NCBI GenBank assembly: GCA_039588295.1
Contig: JBDHAB010000001.1
Location: 288,001 to 352,000 of the forward strand
Direction: 5' to 3'
Source of the DNA: Gemmatimonadota bacterium
Lineage (GTDB): Bacteria; Gemmatimonadota; Gemmatimonadetes; Gemmatimonadales; GWC2-71-9
DNA: 64,000 nucleotides
Part shown: one piece after another, positions 29,124 through 39,605 of the stretch
Numbering within the stretch: position 1 is the first letter of the stretch
Layout of the letters: the number at the start of each line of letters is the position of its first letter
Notes under the pieces: model-generated
What the model saw: only the letters and a program-made list of their open reading frames with translations
What the model was told of the DNA's origin: nothing
The model's database searches: none
Position numbers and translations under genes: made by a program

Positions 29124-30319
29124 CGGTGTCGTCATCGTCCGATCGTCCGCAGCTCCAATGGTTGGGACCGGCCGCCAGCGAGGGGCAGGGTGCGACACGG
29201 ACGGAGGCACGTGAACGCGATGCAGCTCGCGTCCTCGTGGTTGATGATGAGGATGGGGTCCGCCGTGCCGTCGCCCGTGTGCTCCGGACGCTCGGACACG
29301 AAGTGCAAGTTGCCAATGATGGTGTCGCAGCGCTGCATATGCTCGGACCCCACATCGACTTGATCGTGCTCGACGCCGACATGCCGGGCCTTGATGGCTT
29401 TGAGCTCACGCGCCGGATTCGAGAGACTCCGGATTACTTCGATCTGCCGATCGTCATGCTCACAGGGCTCGAGGGGAGGGAACATCGCATTCGCGCTCTG
29501 CAAGCGGGTGTCAACGACTTCCTGTCCAAACCCTTCGACCCGACCGAGTTGGAGGCCCGCACACGGTGGCTGCTGCAGCTGAAGCAGGCGCACGATACCA
29601 TCAAGCAGCAGCGGGAAGATCTCGAGAATACCGTGCGCAAGCGCACGGCCGCGTTGAGTGCGGCGCTCGAGGAAGTGGCGGCAGCCCATCAGCAGACGCA
29701 CGAGGCTCACCTCGACACCATCCGACGGCTCGTGCTCGCCGCGGAGCACAAGGATCGTGCGACCGCAGCGCACATCGAACGGATAGGGCTGTTCTGTGAA
29801 CTACTCGCCGATCACCTGCGGCTTCCGCCGGAACGCACCGCGCTGATTCGGCACGGCAGCCAGATGCACGACGTGGGCAAGCTCGGCATTCCCGACTGCA
29901 TCCTCCAGAAGCCCGGCACACTGGATCCTCCGGAGTGGGAGGTGATGAAGCAGCATGCCACCATGGGTGCCAGAATTCTCCAGGGTTCGGCATCGGAGAT
30001 CATGCATGTGGGAGAGGTGGTTGCACTGTCTCATCACGAGTGGTGGGACGGATCCGGATATCCGAGCGGGCTGGCCGGTGAGGAGATTCCTCTCGAAGGA
30101 CGCATCTGCGCCGTCGCAGACGTGTTCGATGCACTGACGACGAAGCGCCCCTACCGGCGGGCCCTACCCAACAACGCGGTCTTCGACATGATGCGGACGG
30201 AACGCGGACGCCACTTTGATCCACAGATCCTCGACGCGTTCACGTCCTGTCGCAAGGAAGTGGAAAACATTCAACAGCAGTATCGGTATGTCACTGGGGA
30301 GACCGAGATCCCACACTGA
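29120..30319 (+). CDS. REC + HD-GYP cyclic-di-nucleotide phosphodiesterase
   Basis: REC domain, then HDVGK, HHEWWDGSGYP and ADVFDAL. TTG start at 29120 overlapping the upstream TGA is inferred. Confidence 0.9.
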   Translation: MTVSSSSDRPQLQWLGPAASEGQGATRTEARERDAARVLVVDDEDGVRRAVARVLRTLGHEVQVANDGVAALHMLGPHIDLIVLDADMPGLDGFELTRRIRETPDYFDLPIVMLTGLEGREHRIRALQAGVNDFLSKPFDPTELEARTRWLLQLKQAHDTIKQQREDLENTVRKRTAALSAALEEVAAAHQQTHEAHLDTIRRLVLAAEHKDRATAAHIERIGLFCELLADHLRLPPERTALIRHGSQMHDVGKLGIPDCILQKPGTLDPPEWEVMKQHATMGARILQGSASEIMHVGEVVALSHHEWWDGSGYPSGLAGEEIPLEGRICAVADVFDALTTKRPYRRALPNNAVFDMMRTERGRHFDPQILDAFTSCRKEVENIQQQYRYVTGETEIPH

Positions 30320-31148
30320 ATGCCCAGCTGGCGCCGACAACTAGCTGCGGTCCTGCCGGGAAGTTCTGACCGGACAACGGAAACCGCCCCCCACCCTCGA
30401 TCCATACGGCGCCCGGTAAGCGCACGGCTGCCTCAGCCTGGAGCGTGAGGACGCGCCGGGACGTCCCGGTCTCGACACCTTCGACGATCCAGTTGCGGCC
30501 TACGAATCCGTCGATGGTAGCCTTGAGCAGCGACCAGCTGGTTGGATTGCCGCCGACTTCTCCCAGGAACACGAACTCGCCGCCAGGATCCTTGAAGGTG
30601 GTGTTGTTGGCGAACCGAGCACGGTAGCCCAGCCACAGCTCAGCGTAGACGGGTGTGGGCCAGAACGAGTGGCCGATCTCCCCGAAGAGTTCGAGATCCC
30701 ACTGTCCCTCCCCCAGAGGTACGATGGTGACGTCCAGCGGGGCAAAACCCAGTGGAGCCTTCGCCCCGGCACGCACGGCGATGGGTGTTGAGCCGCGTCC
30801 GAGGTTCAGAGGCTGCCAGCGCACCCACGCGCGCAGGTCCCCGATTCCCGTACTGCGAAGATCCTCCGCAATCGACGTGAACCGGAGGTCGAGGAACGGA
30901 ATCTGAATCCACAGGTCGACCTTTGGGTGCAGTCCGATGATCACGTCCGTGAACACCGCGCGAGAATTGGCCTCGCCCCGATCGATCCGTTCGCGCCGAT
31001 TTCCGGCGGCGTCGTACTCTTCAGTTGTTTGCTGCCAGAAGAACGCGCTCTTCACCCAGAATCGTCCGAGACCCCCTTGCGTCCACTGCGCGTCAGCCGG
31101 GCTCGCGACTCCCAGCAGCAGCGCGACGCACAGGACCCTCCGGATCAC
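30291..31148 (-). CDS. Secreted / outer-membrane beta-barrel protein (transporter-like)
   Basis: Signal peptide (ADA-Q), amphipathic strands, GIGDL and PLGEGQWDLE motifs. GTGA overlap with the DUF3179 gene. Confidence 0.6.
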   Translation of the reverse strand: MIRRVLCVALLLGVASPADAQWTQGGLGRFWVKSAFFWQQTTEEYDAAGNRRERIDRGEANSRAVFTDVIIGLHPKVDLWIQIPFLDLRFTSIAEDLRSTGIGDLRAWVRWQPLNLGRGSTPIAVRAGAKAPLGFAPLDVTIVPLGEGQWDLELFGEIGHSFWPTPVYAELWLGYRARFANNTTFKDPGGEFVFLGEVGGNPTSWSLLKATIDGFVGRNWIVEGVETGTSRRVLTLQAEAAVRLPGAVWIEGGGRFPLSGQNFPAGPQLVVGASWAFSVGSRSPQ

Positions 31149-32263
31149 TGATTGGGCAGACGTGTTTCTGGATGAAAGACGGACCACGCAAACCAGAATA
31201 GCGTGTACGCATCCGCAACTGGCTCGAGCCGCTCACCGGCCAGAGGCCCGGCCGTTGCCTCGCCCCGCGCGTTCCACCGCGAGCCGGTTTCTGCGTCCTC
31301 GAACAGCAGTCCTCCGGAGCCGGAGAGCGAGAAGGTGAGCGTCGTACCGTTGACTCGCCGATCGAATGCCCGAGCCGTTCGGTGAAGGTCGACGTAGGTG
31401 ACGAAGATCGGACGGGTGCCGACCTGATCGTTGATTGCAGCCGCAGGGCCCGCCTCCGCCAGCATTCCGAACGGGTATGCCGCAGCGTCCCCATCGTCGT
31501 GCACGCCCAGCACGAGTTCCTTGGGTGGGCGTGACTCGTCCCATGGGGATGAGGGGAACAGCGTCCGGTCGTTGGCCTCACGATCGTAGTCACCGTACGG
31601 ATACTCGTCGTAGTTCCGTTCCCAACCGGTGTTTCTGGTTACGACGGTGGTGTTGGGGTGCAGCGCGCGCCAATGGCTCCACGTGGTTTCGATGATGGGG
31701 ATTCGGGGAAGCGCCTTGCCCCGGTCCGGGCCGCACTGCGATCCCAGAAGGAGCTGGTTCCAGAGACTTCGTGTCTGCCGGTCGAACATGATGAGGTTGT
31801 TCTCGTACAGGAGACCTGAAACCCCGAAAATCTTGAGCTCTCCGTCGAAAATCGGGTCAAAGGCCAAACCGGAGCCGGTCAACGGGCAGTAGCTCACCAG
31901 TATATTGCGGCCTCCTAGGGTGTCGTTCACCATCTCGTGCCACCACAGGATCGCCAGCGGATAGGCGCGTGCCTCGCCGTCCACCGTGATGCCGAGCACG
32001 CGATCGGTATCCTGGAGCGCCTGCCAGGCGGCCTCGTCGCGCGCGACCTCCGGGAAATCCAGCGCGGGAATGCCATCGGGACCGGGCCCGCCGTCGTAGA
32101 AGTCGGACTGTGGGATGGTGCATTCGAGCCGTGGAGGTGGCTCGCTGGGGCTTCGTGGAGCCGTCAGGTTGTCCGAACAACCCCACGATCCCGCGAGCAT
32201 GCATGCGAACAGGAGGAACAGCAGCTGGTTCCAGCTTCTCGAGGGGGTGCCGCGCGCCGACAT
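31145..32263 (-). CDS. DUF3179 domain lipoprotein
   Basis: Lipobox WGC; GGPGPDGIPALD, AYPL.IL.WHE.VND, YCPLTGS, SGLLYENNLIMFDRQT and FWFAW. Confidence 0.85.
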   Translation of the reverse strand: MSARGTPSRSWNQLLFLLFACMLAGSWGCSDNLTAPRSPSEPPPRLECTIPQSDFYDGGPGPDGIPALDFPEVARDEAAWQALQDTDRVLGITVDGEARAYPLAILWWHEMVNDTLGGRNILVSYCPLTGSGLAFDPIFDGELKIFGVSGLLYENNLIMFDRQTRSLWNQLLLGSQCGPDRGKALPRIPIIETTWSHWRALHPNTTVVTRNTGWERNYDEYPYGDYDREANDRTLFPSSPWDESRPPKELVLGVHDDGDAAAYPFGMLAEAGPAAAINDQVGTRPIFVTYVDLHRTARAFDRRVNGTTLTFSLSGSGGLLFEDAETGSRWNARGEATAGPLAGERLEPVADAYTLFWFAWSVFHPETRLPNQ

Positions 32264-32471
32264 AGTGCCTTTGAGAACGCTTGTGACCCTGCAGAGGTTC
32301 CCGGGAACCGCCCGGCTAGCCCGCCTGTTCTGTCTATCGCGACCGCAGCCGAGCGATCGGCCGGTTGCGCACGGGCGATCTGGGTATGACCGCGGTGGCC
32401 GCCCAACTGGGATTGGCGCATGCCCAGACCCCGTAGTGCAATCACTCATTACCTCTAGAGGAGGAAAGGGC

Positions 32472-32870
32472 ATGTTGAAACGGATCCTCACTGGACTTGG
32501 CGTTGCCGCCTGTTTGGCGATCGCACTCCCGGCGGTGGCCCAGGCACAGGAGATGAAGATGGGCCATGCGCCGGAGGGTAAGGAAGCCACGGTGTCCGGC
32601 ACGGTGATCGACGTCTCCTGCAAGTTTCGTCACGGTCTTTCCGGCGCCGAGCATCGTATGTGCGCCCAGGTCTGTGCAGACAAGGGTGTACCGCTCGCTA
32701 TTCTCACGGACGATGGGAAGCTAGTTGTTCCCGTGAGCGCGGGCATGCCGGGTGGCAATGAGAGCATGCGGCTCAAGGAGTTCGCCGAGCAGCAGGTGAC
32801 GGTGACGGGAACGGTTTTCAAAGCCGGTGGCGCTATGGCCATCGAGATCGCCAGCATCAAGAAGTCGTGA
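32472..32870 (+). CDS. Secreted Cys/His-motif protein
   Basis: Signal peptide (AQA); DVSCKFRHG...EHRMCAQVCADKG; strong RBS. Confidence 0.75.
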   Translation: MLKRILTGLGVAACLAIALPAVAQAQEMKMGHAPEGKEATVSGTVIDVSCKFRHGLSGAEHRMCAQVCADKGVPLAILTDDGKLVVPVSAGMPGGNESMRLKEFAEQQVTVTGTVFKAGGAMAIEIASIKKS

Positions 32871-34450
32871 TCGCCTTCCGCTTGCGCACGGGCCGGGGGA
32901 TGCTCCGGCTCGTGTTGCTTCTCGTTGGCGTGCTCGGGGTGGGCGCCCTCATCGTGACGCAAACTGGCGCCGAGGACGCCGGCCGAGGGCCGATCGCGGT
33001 CGCCAACCCCAGTGCTGCAAGTCCCCTGGAATCGGTTGTGGGCACGGTGCGGCATATCCGTCAGGCAGAAGGCCGCGAACTCGTACTGCCCGATACACTT
33101 TGGCCGGAGCGGGCCGCGCAAATGCTGTGGTTCGAAGGTCGCGCGGTGTCGCGGCTGCCCGATGGGGGAGTGGTGACGATGGACGGCAGCGGTGGTGTGA
33201 TCCGGTTCGACGAGCGACTTGGCCCCCACCGACTGCGGCTGGCACTCGAGGGCCGCGTGCCGCTCAGTGTGGCTGCAGCGGCCGATGGCAGCTTGTGGCT
33301 GGTCGACGCCGTCGGAGAAGTCTCGCACGTTGGTGTGGATGGAGATGTCACCCTTGCCGGACACTCACCGTTTGACTACACGTCGATCACGTCGGATCCC
33401 GATGTTGGCGTCTGGCTTGCCCGTTCCACGCAGGCCTTTTCTTATCGTCTGGCGAGCCAACAGGATCCGTTGCTGGTACGGTTGGGCGGGCCCGGTGCCG
33501 ACGTTGACAGCCTTGGGAGCATCCTCCTTCCCGAGCACGTCTTGCTCGCTGAGCTGGCCAACGCCGGCCACGTAGTCGCGGCAGAGGACGCAGTCTACTT
33601 CGCGCCCTTCATTCGCGATGAAGTGCTTGCCCTCTCGCGAGCGGGGGACACACTGTGGATTGCCAGCAGGGGACTTCCGCAAAGCACGCCCGATCCCCGC
33701 TTCGAAATTGGCGACGATGGTCCGCAGATCGATTACGCGCCGGTCAACCTCGGACTCGCCCTCGGCGTGGACGGTGGGTTGTATGTCCTGAGCGTGCCAG
33801 GGTTCACGACGGCGGAGAGTCGAGTCGATGTGTACGATCCGAAAACTGGAGCGCTCGTGCGGACAGCCCGTTTGGATACACCGCTCCCGACGCTGGCGGT
33901 CGACGCCGACGGCCGCGTGTATGAGCTCGACCCGCTCCTGCTGTTGACCGGCATTGCCCCGGAGGAACGAGAGCCCTTCGCACCGTTCGAGCTCGAAAGG
34001 ATCGACGGTGGGCAAATGTCCCTCGAGGAGCTGCACGGGAAGGTGACACTCATCAACTTCTGGGCGAGCTGGTGTGCACCGTGCCGTGTGGAGATGCCAG
34101 CGCTGGATAGCGTGCGACGCTCCATTGCCAATCCCGCGTTCACCTTCATTACGATGAACGAGGACGTGAGGGTCGATGACGCTGCGGCGTTTCTGGAGGA
34201 GCACGGCTTCGATTTTCCGGTATTATTAGGGCGTGGGAAGCTCCGCCAGCAGTATCACTACCTCGGATTGCCGCTCACACTCCTGTTAGATCGGGAGGGT
34301 CGCATCGTGCGGCGCTGGATCGGATTCGCTGGCGAGGAGCAAGTTGCCGAGATCAGGGCGATCGTCGAAGCAGAGTTGGCCCGAGGCGGTGAGATGTCAC
34401 ATGTAGGTCACGAGAGCGGCGAGATGTCTGACGCACCCACGATGCACTAG
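32867..34450 (+). CDS. Beta-propeller-like domain fused to a TlpA-type thiol-disulfide oxidoreductase
   Basis: N-terminal anchor, repeats such as DGSLWLVD, DGGLYVL and DGRVYEL, C-terminal INFWASWCAPCRVEMP...LP.T.LLDREG, His-containing tail. Confidence 0.8.
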   Translation: MIAFRLRTGRGMLRLVLLLVGVLGVGALIVTQTGAEDAGRGPIAVANPSAASPLESVVGTVRHIRQAEGRELVLPDTLWPERAAQMLWFEGRAVSRLPDGGVVTMDGSGGVIRFDERLGPHRLRLALEGRVPLSVAAAADGSLWLVDAVGEVSHVGVDGDVTLAGHSPFDYTSITSDPDVGVWLARSTQAFSYRLASQQDPLLVRLGGPGADVDSLGSILLPEHVLLAELANAGHVVAAEDAVYFAPFIRDEVLALSRAGDTLWIASRGLPQSTPDPRFEIGDDGPQIDYAPVNLGLALGVDGGLYVLSVPGFTTAESRVDVYDPKTGALVRTARLDTPLPTLAVDADGRVYELDPLLLLTGIAPEEREPFAPFELERIDGGQMSLEELHGKVTLINFWASWCAPCRVEMPALDSVRRSIANPAFTFITMNEDVRVDDAAAFLEEHGFDFPVLLGRGKLRQQYHYLGLPLTLLLDREGRIVRRWIGFAGEEQVAEIRAIVEAELARGGEMSHVGHESGEMSDAPTMH

Positions 34451-34475
34451 CGTTGTGTGGCCGTCGCGCGCGCTC

Positions 34476-35591
34476 TCATCGCACGATCCTCGTTTCCGGC
34501 ATGAACACCGCCCAGGCAAACCAGAAGTGGTTGCCGTGCGGGATGGCGTCGAGTTGTGTCCCCAATAGATCACCGTCGATGGCTCTGCCGAGCGCATCCC
34601 AGGTCGATCCCGTTTGGTGGTCCCGGAATCGGCCGTCTCCTACCGACTCGAAACTGAGCACACGAGATCCGACACGGCGATCGAACACCGCGCTGGAACC
34701 GACGTCCCGCCCGTCGGCGATCCGGCTCGCGTCGAGTGCGCTGGCAGTGCCGGGAGCCCACCATACAACCACGGGCACTCCTCCGAGTTGGTCGTTCGTA
34801 ACTCGTGCGCGCGCGAGTGCGCTGAAGGGGTAGGCGGCCGTCTCCCCTCCGACGGTAACAGCCACTACCCGCTCCATAGCCGGTAGCCGCTCGTCGACCT
34901 CGGCCTGAAAGAAGAGCGACATCGGTCGTCCGGTAGGCGAGTCGTACCCTGCGTAGGGATTCCGCCCGTAGCTGCGGCGATGCCCGGTCTTGCGCGACAG
35001 CACCCTGCCTGCGGGGAATCGACGTTTGAAGGTTTCCCAGTTGACGAGCGGGGAGGCAATGAACGTGAGCTGACGGCCCGCGTACTCCCCCACAATTCCC
35101 TCTCCGGTCGCCTGCTGCCACCAGCTCTCGGTTTGACGGTCATACATGACGAGATCGGAATGGCGCAATCGGCCGGTCGTCCCGAAATCCAAGAGGTGGC
35201 CGTCTAGCCGCCGATCGAACGAGAGCGTTGTGTTACAGAGGGGGCAGAAGGTGACGGCTACGGGGACACCGTCGACGACGTCATTGACGATCTCATGCCA
35301 AATGAGGATCTGGAGTGGGTAGGCCTTGACCTCGGCGCCGATGCTGACCACAGCCACGGGCTCCCGGTCGTCCAGCCAACCATCGGCCTGCTGCACCGTC
35401 ACGAAGTCCGGCCGGTCGATGGCCGGGATACCGTCCTTGGGCGGTCCGCCGGAGACGATCTCGTCCAGGGGTACCGTGTGTTTCGAGAAATCCGTACGCC
35501 ATCGACCGTCGAACTGCGCGGCGGCGGGATTGGCCGTGCCAGCCACGAACGCAACGAAGGCGGGGAGGAGCAGACATCTCTCGATACGCAT
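34476..35591 (-). CDS. DUF3179 domain secreted protein
   Basis: Signal peptide; SGGPPKDGIPAID, WHEIVND, TFCPLCN, GRLRHSDLVMYDRQTES and HFWFAW. Confidence 0.88.
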   Translation of the reverse strand: MRIERCLLLPAFVAFVAGTANPAAAQFDGRWRTDFSKHTVPLDEIVSGGPPKDGIPAIDRPDFVTVQQADGWLDDREPVAVVSIGAEVKAYPLQILIWHEIVNDVVDGVPVAVTFCPLCNTTLSFDRRLDGHLLDFGTTGRLRHSDLVMYDRQTESWWQQATGEGIVGEYAGRQLTFIASPLVNWETFKRRFPAGRVLSRKTGHRRSYGRNPYAGYDSPTGRPMSLFFQAEVDERLPAMERVVAVTVGGETAAYPFSALARARVTNDQLGGVPVVVWWAPGTASALDASRIADGRDVGSSAVFDRRVGSRVLSFESVGDGRFRDHQTGSTWDALGRAIDGDLLGTQLDAIPHGNHFWFAWAVFMPETRIVR

Positions 35592-35678
35592 GGGCGAAGC
35601 TCCGGTCGAGACGAGCGGCATCTCCTAGAGAAACGGTGACGCCGCGTGTGGAGTTCCGAACCGGCGGATCCGAATGTG

Positions 35679-37487
35679 CTAGGGCGCCTGGTCGACGGGT
35701 TTCACCATGGAGATCAGCGTGAAGCCTGGCTTGGGGCTCGGAGGATTGAGTACTGTAAACGGCACGACCTCACCCGATTCCTTGATGGCGAACATCGGGA
35801 CCGCGGTTTCGCCGTAGCGATGCTTGAAGGCGTCGAAATCGAACTCGGCGGTCAGTAAATTCCGCTTGATTACTGCTCCGGCCTGGAATCTCGTGCTCAG
35901 CACGCTGTGAGTGACACCGCGGCTGAAGAGGAAGCGACCACGAAGGTGCTGGGGGATGCCCCGTTGTCGCTGCTCGCGCTCCGTCGCGTGGGGCGGCAGT
36001 TGGTAAATGTGTGAGCGGTCAAACAGATCGCCGAAGTGCAGGCTGGAAAGCGCATTTACTTCGTCGTTGGGGGTGAGGGCGAGAAGACGGCCAACGCCGT
36101 CGAGCTCGAGCTCGATCTCATCCAGTGCACCCTCGGTCAAGACGTTGGTGTAGAACGCCCGAAGGCCCCGGCGACGGGCGGCAGTCACGTTGAGCCAGCT
36201 CGAGTCCGCGATGATGACCTTGATGTTGCGGTCTTTGAGCAGTGCTGCGACGTCCTGCACCCAGGGTGCCCCGCCGATCAGCAGCATCCCTTGGGGGTTC
36301 GGAGTGGCCACGCTGAGCCAGCGGGCGAGGAGTGGTGAGAAGATCCCGTACGCGGCGACCGTCCCCACGATCACGAGGAACATCAGCGGCACGAGCCGTT
36401 CGGCGCCCGCATAGCCGCTGTCCGCCAGCTCGAGTGCGAAGAGTGAGGCAACGGCGGCTGCCACGATACCCCGTGGGGCTATTCCTGCGAGAAACAGCCG
36501 TTCATTCCAATCGAGCTTCGTTCGGGCGGTCGCGACACCAACGGAGACCGGGCGGACCACGAAGATGAGTACCGCAAGAAAGGCGAGGCTTCCGGCGCTC
36601 CAGTAGTCAGGGTCGCGCAGCGGGAGGCGCGCGGCGAGCACGATGAACAACGCCGAGATGAGCAGCACCCGGAGGTTCTCCTTGAACTCCACGATGTGCC
36701 GTATGCTCACCCATTTCTGGCTGGCCAGCGCCGCTCCCATCACGGTCACGGCGAGCAGACCGGACTCCGCTTGGATCTGGTTTGAGAGCGCGAAGGCCAG
36801 GATCACCAATCCAACGGCCATCGGGTTCTGCAGGTAATCGGGAATCCAATAGCGCTTGAGCAGCATCACGATGGACCCGGCGGCGAGGAGGCCGAGCCCA
36901 CCCCCCACGAAGGTTGCTTTGAGCATGCCCATGAGTGCGACCGTGAGCCCCGCCTCGAATCCACCGGCCACGATGGCCTCGAACACGAGCACGGCCAGGA
37001 TGGCTCCGATGGGATCGTTGACGATGCCTTCCCACTTGACCGCCGATCCGACACGGGCATTGGGTCGAATGTGTCGCAGAAGTGGCACGATCACTGTGGG
37101 GCCGGTTACGACGAGGATGGCGCCGAACAGGACTGAAAGGGCGAGGTCGAGATCGAGGAGCACGTAGGCGAAGGTCGTGGTGAGCAGCCAGGTTACGACG
37201 ACGCCAACCGTCATCAGGTTCCGTACGACGCGCCCGATGACCCGCAGCTCGGCGATGTCGAGCGAGAGCCCCCCCTCGAACAAGATGATTGCGACCGACA
37301 ACGAGACGATCGGAAACAGCAAGTCTCCGAGCAGCGCATCTGGCTCGAGAAACCCGACGACCGGACCTGCCAAGAACCCGACGAGAAGCAGGAACAAGAT
37401 CGAGGGAAGCTTGATGCGCCACGAGAGCCATTGAGCGGCAATCCCTAGGACAATGATGGATGCGAGTCCGACCAGAATGTGTTCCAA
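35679..37487 (-). CDS. CPA1 (NhaP-type) cation:proton antiporter with C-terminal nucleotide-binding domain
   Basis: ILFEGGL, VTGPTV, EGIVNDP and APRGIVAAA motifs; soluble C-terminus. Confidence 0.9.
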   Translation of the reverse strand: MEHILVGLASIIVLGIAAQWLSWRIKLPSILFLLLVGFLAGPVVGFLEPDALLGDLLFPIVSLSVAIILFEGGLSLDIAELRVIGRVVRNLMTVGVVVTWLLTTTFAYVLLDLDLALSVLFGAILVVTGPTVIVPLLRHIRPNARVGSAVKWEGIVNDPIGAILAVLVFEAIVAGGFEAGLTVALMGMLKATFVGGGLGLLAAGSIVMLLKRYWIPDYLQNPMAVGLVILAFALSNQIQAESGLLAVTVMGAALASQKWVSIRHIVEFKENLRVLLISALFIVLAARLPLRDPDYWSAGSLAFLAVLIFVVRPVSVGVATARTKLDWNERLFLAGIAPRGIVAAAVASLFALELADSGYAGAERLVPLMFLVIVGTVAAYGIFSPLLARWLSVATPNPQGMLLIGGAPWVQDVAALLKDRNIKVIIADSSWLNVTAARRRGLRAFYTNVLTEGALDEIELELDGVGRLLALTPNDEVNALSSLHFGDLFDRSHIYQLPPHATEREQRQRGIPQHLRGRFLFSRGVTHSVLSTRFQAGAVIKRNLLTAEFDFDAFKHRYGETAVPMFAIKESGEVVPFTVLNPPSPKPGFTLISMVKPVDQAP

Positions 37488-37706
37488 GGTCTACCTCAGT
37501 GATCACGCAGGCGCGAACGGCGACTCGTCGCCGACGGCGCGACACGATTGACTCAGCGAGCTGGCTTCGACGCTCAGGAATCCGATTCCAGAGAGTACGA
37601 CGGCAGGATCACTCGGGGAGTGCCCAGCGGGACCCGAGGTAGCTGCCCCGGCCTTGAGGCCCGCGCGATGCTCCCGTCGGAGGTTGACGGCAATGGTCGC
37701 CATGTT

Positions 37707-38174
37707 TCAGAACGCGGGTCCGGCGCCCACGTCTCCTCCCGCGACCGCCACGATGCCATCACAGCGGGCACACACGATCCCCCGCTCATCTTTGAGCTCG
37801 GCTGCGGAGAACACGAGGGTCTTGCCGGTCCGCACCGGCCAGCCTAGGACCTCGAACCATTGGCCTTCGACCGGTCGCAGAAACTGAATGCTCAGTTGTG
37901 CGACCCCCGCTCGGCGGCCGGCGGTCTGGAGATAGCCCGACAGGCCGATGACGAGATCGAAGAGCCCGGCGATTACCGCCCCGTTGACCGCCTCGGTGCC
38001 CAACCCGCCGCGGTGTTCCGGCTGAATCGGATCGACCATGGTCCGAACCACGCCTGGGTTGGAGAGATCCAGCTGCGCACCCATGTGCCGCATACCCGGG
38101 TGCTCGTTCCACTCGGCCTGGAATGCCTCGAGCCGCTCCGCGTCCAGTTTTGGCAGTATGCGGGGTGTCGACAT
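37707..38174 (-). CDS. PaaI-family (hotdog) thioesterase
   Basis: VNGAVIAGLFD and LSIQFLRP...GKTLVF. Confidence 0.8.
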   Translation of the reverse strand: MSTPRILPKLDAERLEAFQAEWNEHPGMRHMGAQLDLSNPGVVRTMVDPIQPEHRGGLGTEAVNGAVIAGLFDLVIGLSGYLQTAGRRAGVAQLSIQFLRPVEGQWFEVLGWPVRTGKTLVFSAAELKDERGIVCARCDGIVAVAGGDVGAGPAF

Positions 38175-38191
38175 GTGCGCTCGTCCGGTGA

Positions 38192-39001
38192 CTACGTGTT
38201 GGCCAGTGAACTGCCCCCGTCCACCACCATAATGGCGCCGGTGATCCATGAACCGGCGGGGCTACTCAGGTACACTACCAAGTTGCCGATGTCTTCGGGG
38301 GTTCCCCAACGGCCGAGGGGGATTCTTCTCCGCATCAACTCGTCGATCGCCTGCGTGTCTTGGCCGCCGACGGCGAATGCCTGCTGCGCACCTTCCGTCG
38401 GAACCGGGCCCGGTGCGATGGCGTTCACGGTGATGTTGGCCGGGGCCCACTCGAGCGCCAGCGTTCGCGTAAGAGCGTCCACGCCGGCCTTCGCGGCCGT
38501 CGCGTGCGCCATCTGCGGCCAGCCGCGATAATGCAACGTCATCGAGATCGATATGATGCGGCCGCCGCCCTGCTTCACCATGGTGGGGTAGACCGCCTGC
38601 GAGCAGAAGAACGTGCCGTATAGATCGGTCTCTACGACGGCACGCCAGCCATTCGGTGAGAGCTCTGCGGAGGGAGCGTAGAAGTTGCCGGCGGCATTAT
38701 TGACCAGGACATCGAGTCGCCCCAGTTGGTCAGCGGCACGAGACACCATGGTGTCTACGGATTCCGGATCTCGCACATTTACCGTGAAGGAATGAACTGC
38801 CGTTCCGAAAGCGCGGAGCCGCTGGACCGCCGGCACAAGATGCTCGGGCTTTCGGCTTGCGATCACCACCGCGGCACCGGCGCGTGCGAGACACTCGGCG
38901 ATGCCGAGACCGATACCGGTACCCCCTCCCGTCACGAGCGCCACACGGCCAGTCAGCATGTCGCTCGGAAAGACGGCTTCTGGTTCAGGACTCGTGCTCA
39001 T
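38192..39001 (-). CDS. SDR oxidoreductase, 2,4-dienoyl-CoA reductase-like
   Basis: TGGGTGIG, NNAAGNF, HATAAKAG and IAPGP. Confidence 0.85.
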   Translation of the reverse strand: MSTSPEPEAVFPSDMLTGRVALVTGGGTGIGLGIAECLARAGAAVVIASRKPEHLVPAVQRLRAFGTAVHSFTVNVRDPESVDTMVSRAADQLGRLDVLVNNAAGNFYAPSAELSPNGWRAVVETDLYGTFFCSQAVYPTMVKQGGGRIISISMTLHYRGWPQMAHATAAKAGVDALTRTLALEWAPANITVNAIAPGPVPTEGAQQAFAVGGQDTQAIDELMRRRIPLGRWGTPEDIGNLVVYLSSPAGSWITGAIMVVDGGSSLANT

Positions 39002-39177
39002 GTCGCGCCTTGGCGCCGCAGTTGTAGGAAGGATGCGGGAATGCTCGTGAGTCTCAATGTGCCACCGAGGCTGGGGTTGCGAGGTTGGTCATGGCGGCCG
39101 AGTATGTTGTCTTGGGACTCCGGACGCAAGCGGGGTGCGGCCAACGACACCAGGACTCTCTTCGAGAGGAGCGCGGT

Positions 39178-39393
39178 ATGCAGTTCATCAACGAGGCCAC
39201 GTGGGACCGGGTACTGCGTGTCATCGCCGGCATCGTGTTGCTGTACCTTGGCTGGGCTGGGGTGGTAACTGGAACGCTGGGCACCGTATTCAAATTCGTG
39301 GGATTCCTCCCGCTCGTCACTGGGCTTGTAGGGTGGTGCCCTGCGTACGCCGTGTGCCGCACGCGCACGAATAAGACACCATCGGCGCCGTGA
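39178..39393 (+). CDS. DUF2892 (YgaP-like) small membrane protein
   Basis: NEATWDRVLR...PLVTGLVGWCPAY; GAGGAG RBS. Confidence 0.85.
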   Translation: MQFINEATWDRVLRVIAGIVLLYLGWAGVVTGTLGTVFKFVGFLPLVTGLVGWCPAYAVCRTRTNKTPSAP

Positions 39394-39605
39394 CGGCGGA
39401 GGAGTTTCGCCAGCGGCTGCACACGTCCCGGCGCCAATCCTCGACCCGCTGGGCAGGGAGTTCTCCGGCCGCGTCGCCCTCCTCAGGGGGTTCCACAACC
39501 TGCTCGTCTCTTCCCGCCTCCGCTCCCCGCGATAGCTTATCTCGCATCCGGTGATGCGGTGGCCGCTCATGCGCGCCGTGGGGGAACGCGAGGAGAGCAG
39601 AAGCT

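Noticed and set aside
31145..35591. DUF3179 or TlpA proteins as additional selenoproteins
   Set aside because: The frames are open with Cys codons at the motifs and no in-frame UGA was seen.
37503..37703. 66-aa ORF between the thioesterase and the antiporter
   Set aside because: No recognisable features or RBS; left unannotated.
39394..39600. Possible riboswitch upstream of the aldehyde dehydrogenase
   Set aside because: Some GC-rich pairings exist but no recognisable aptamer consensus or expression platform.
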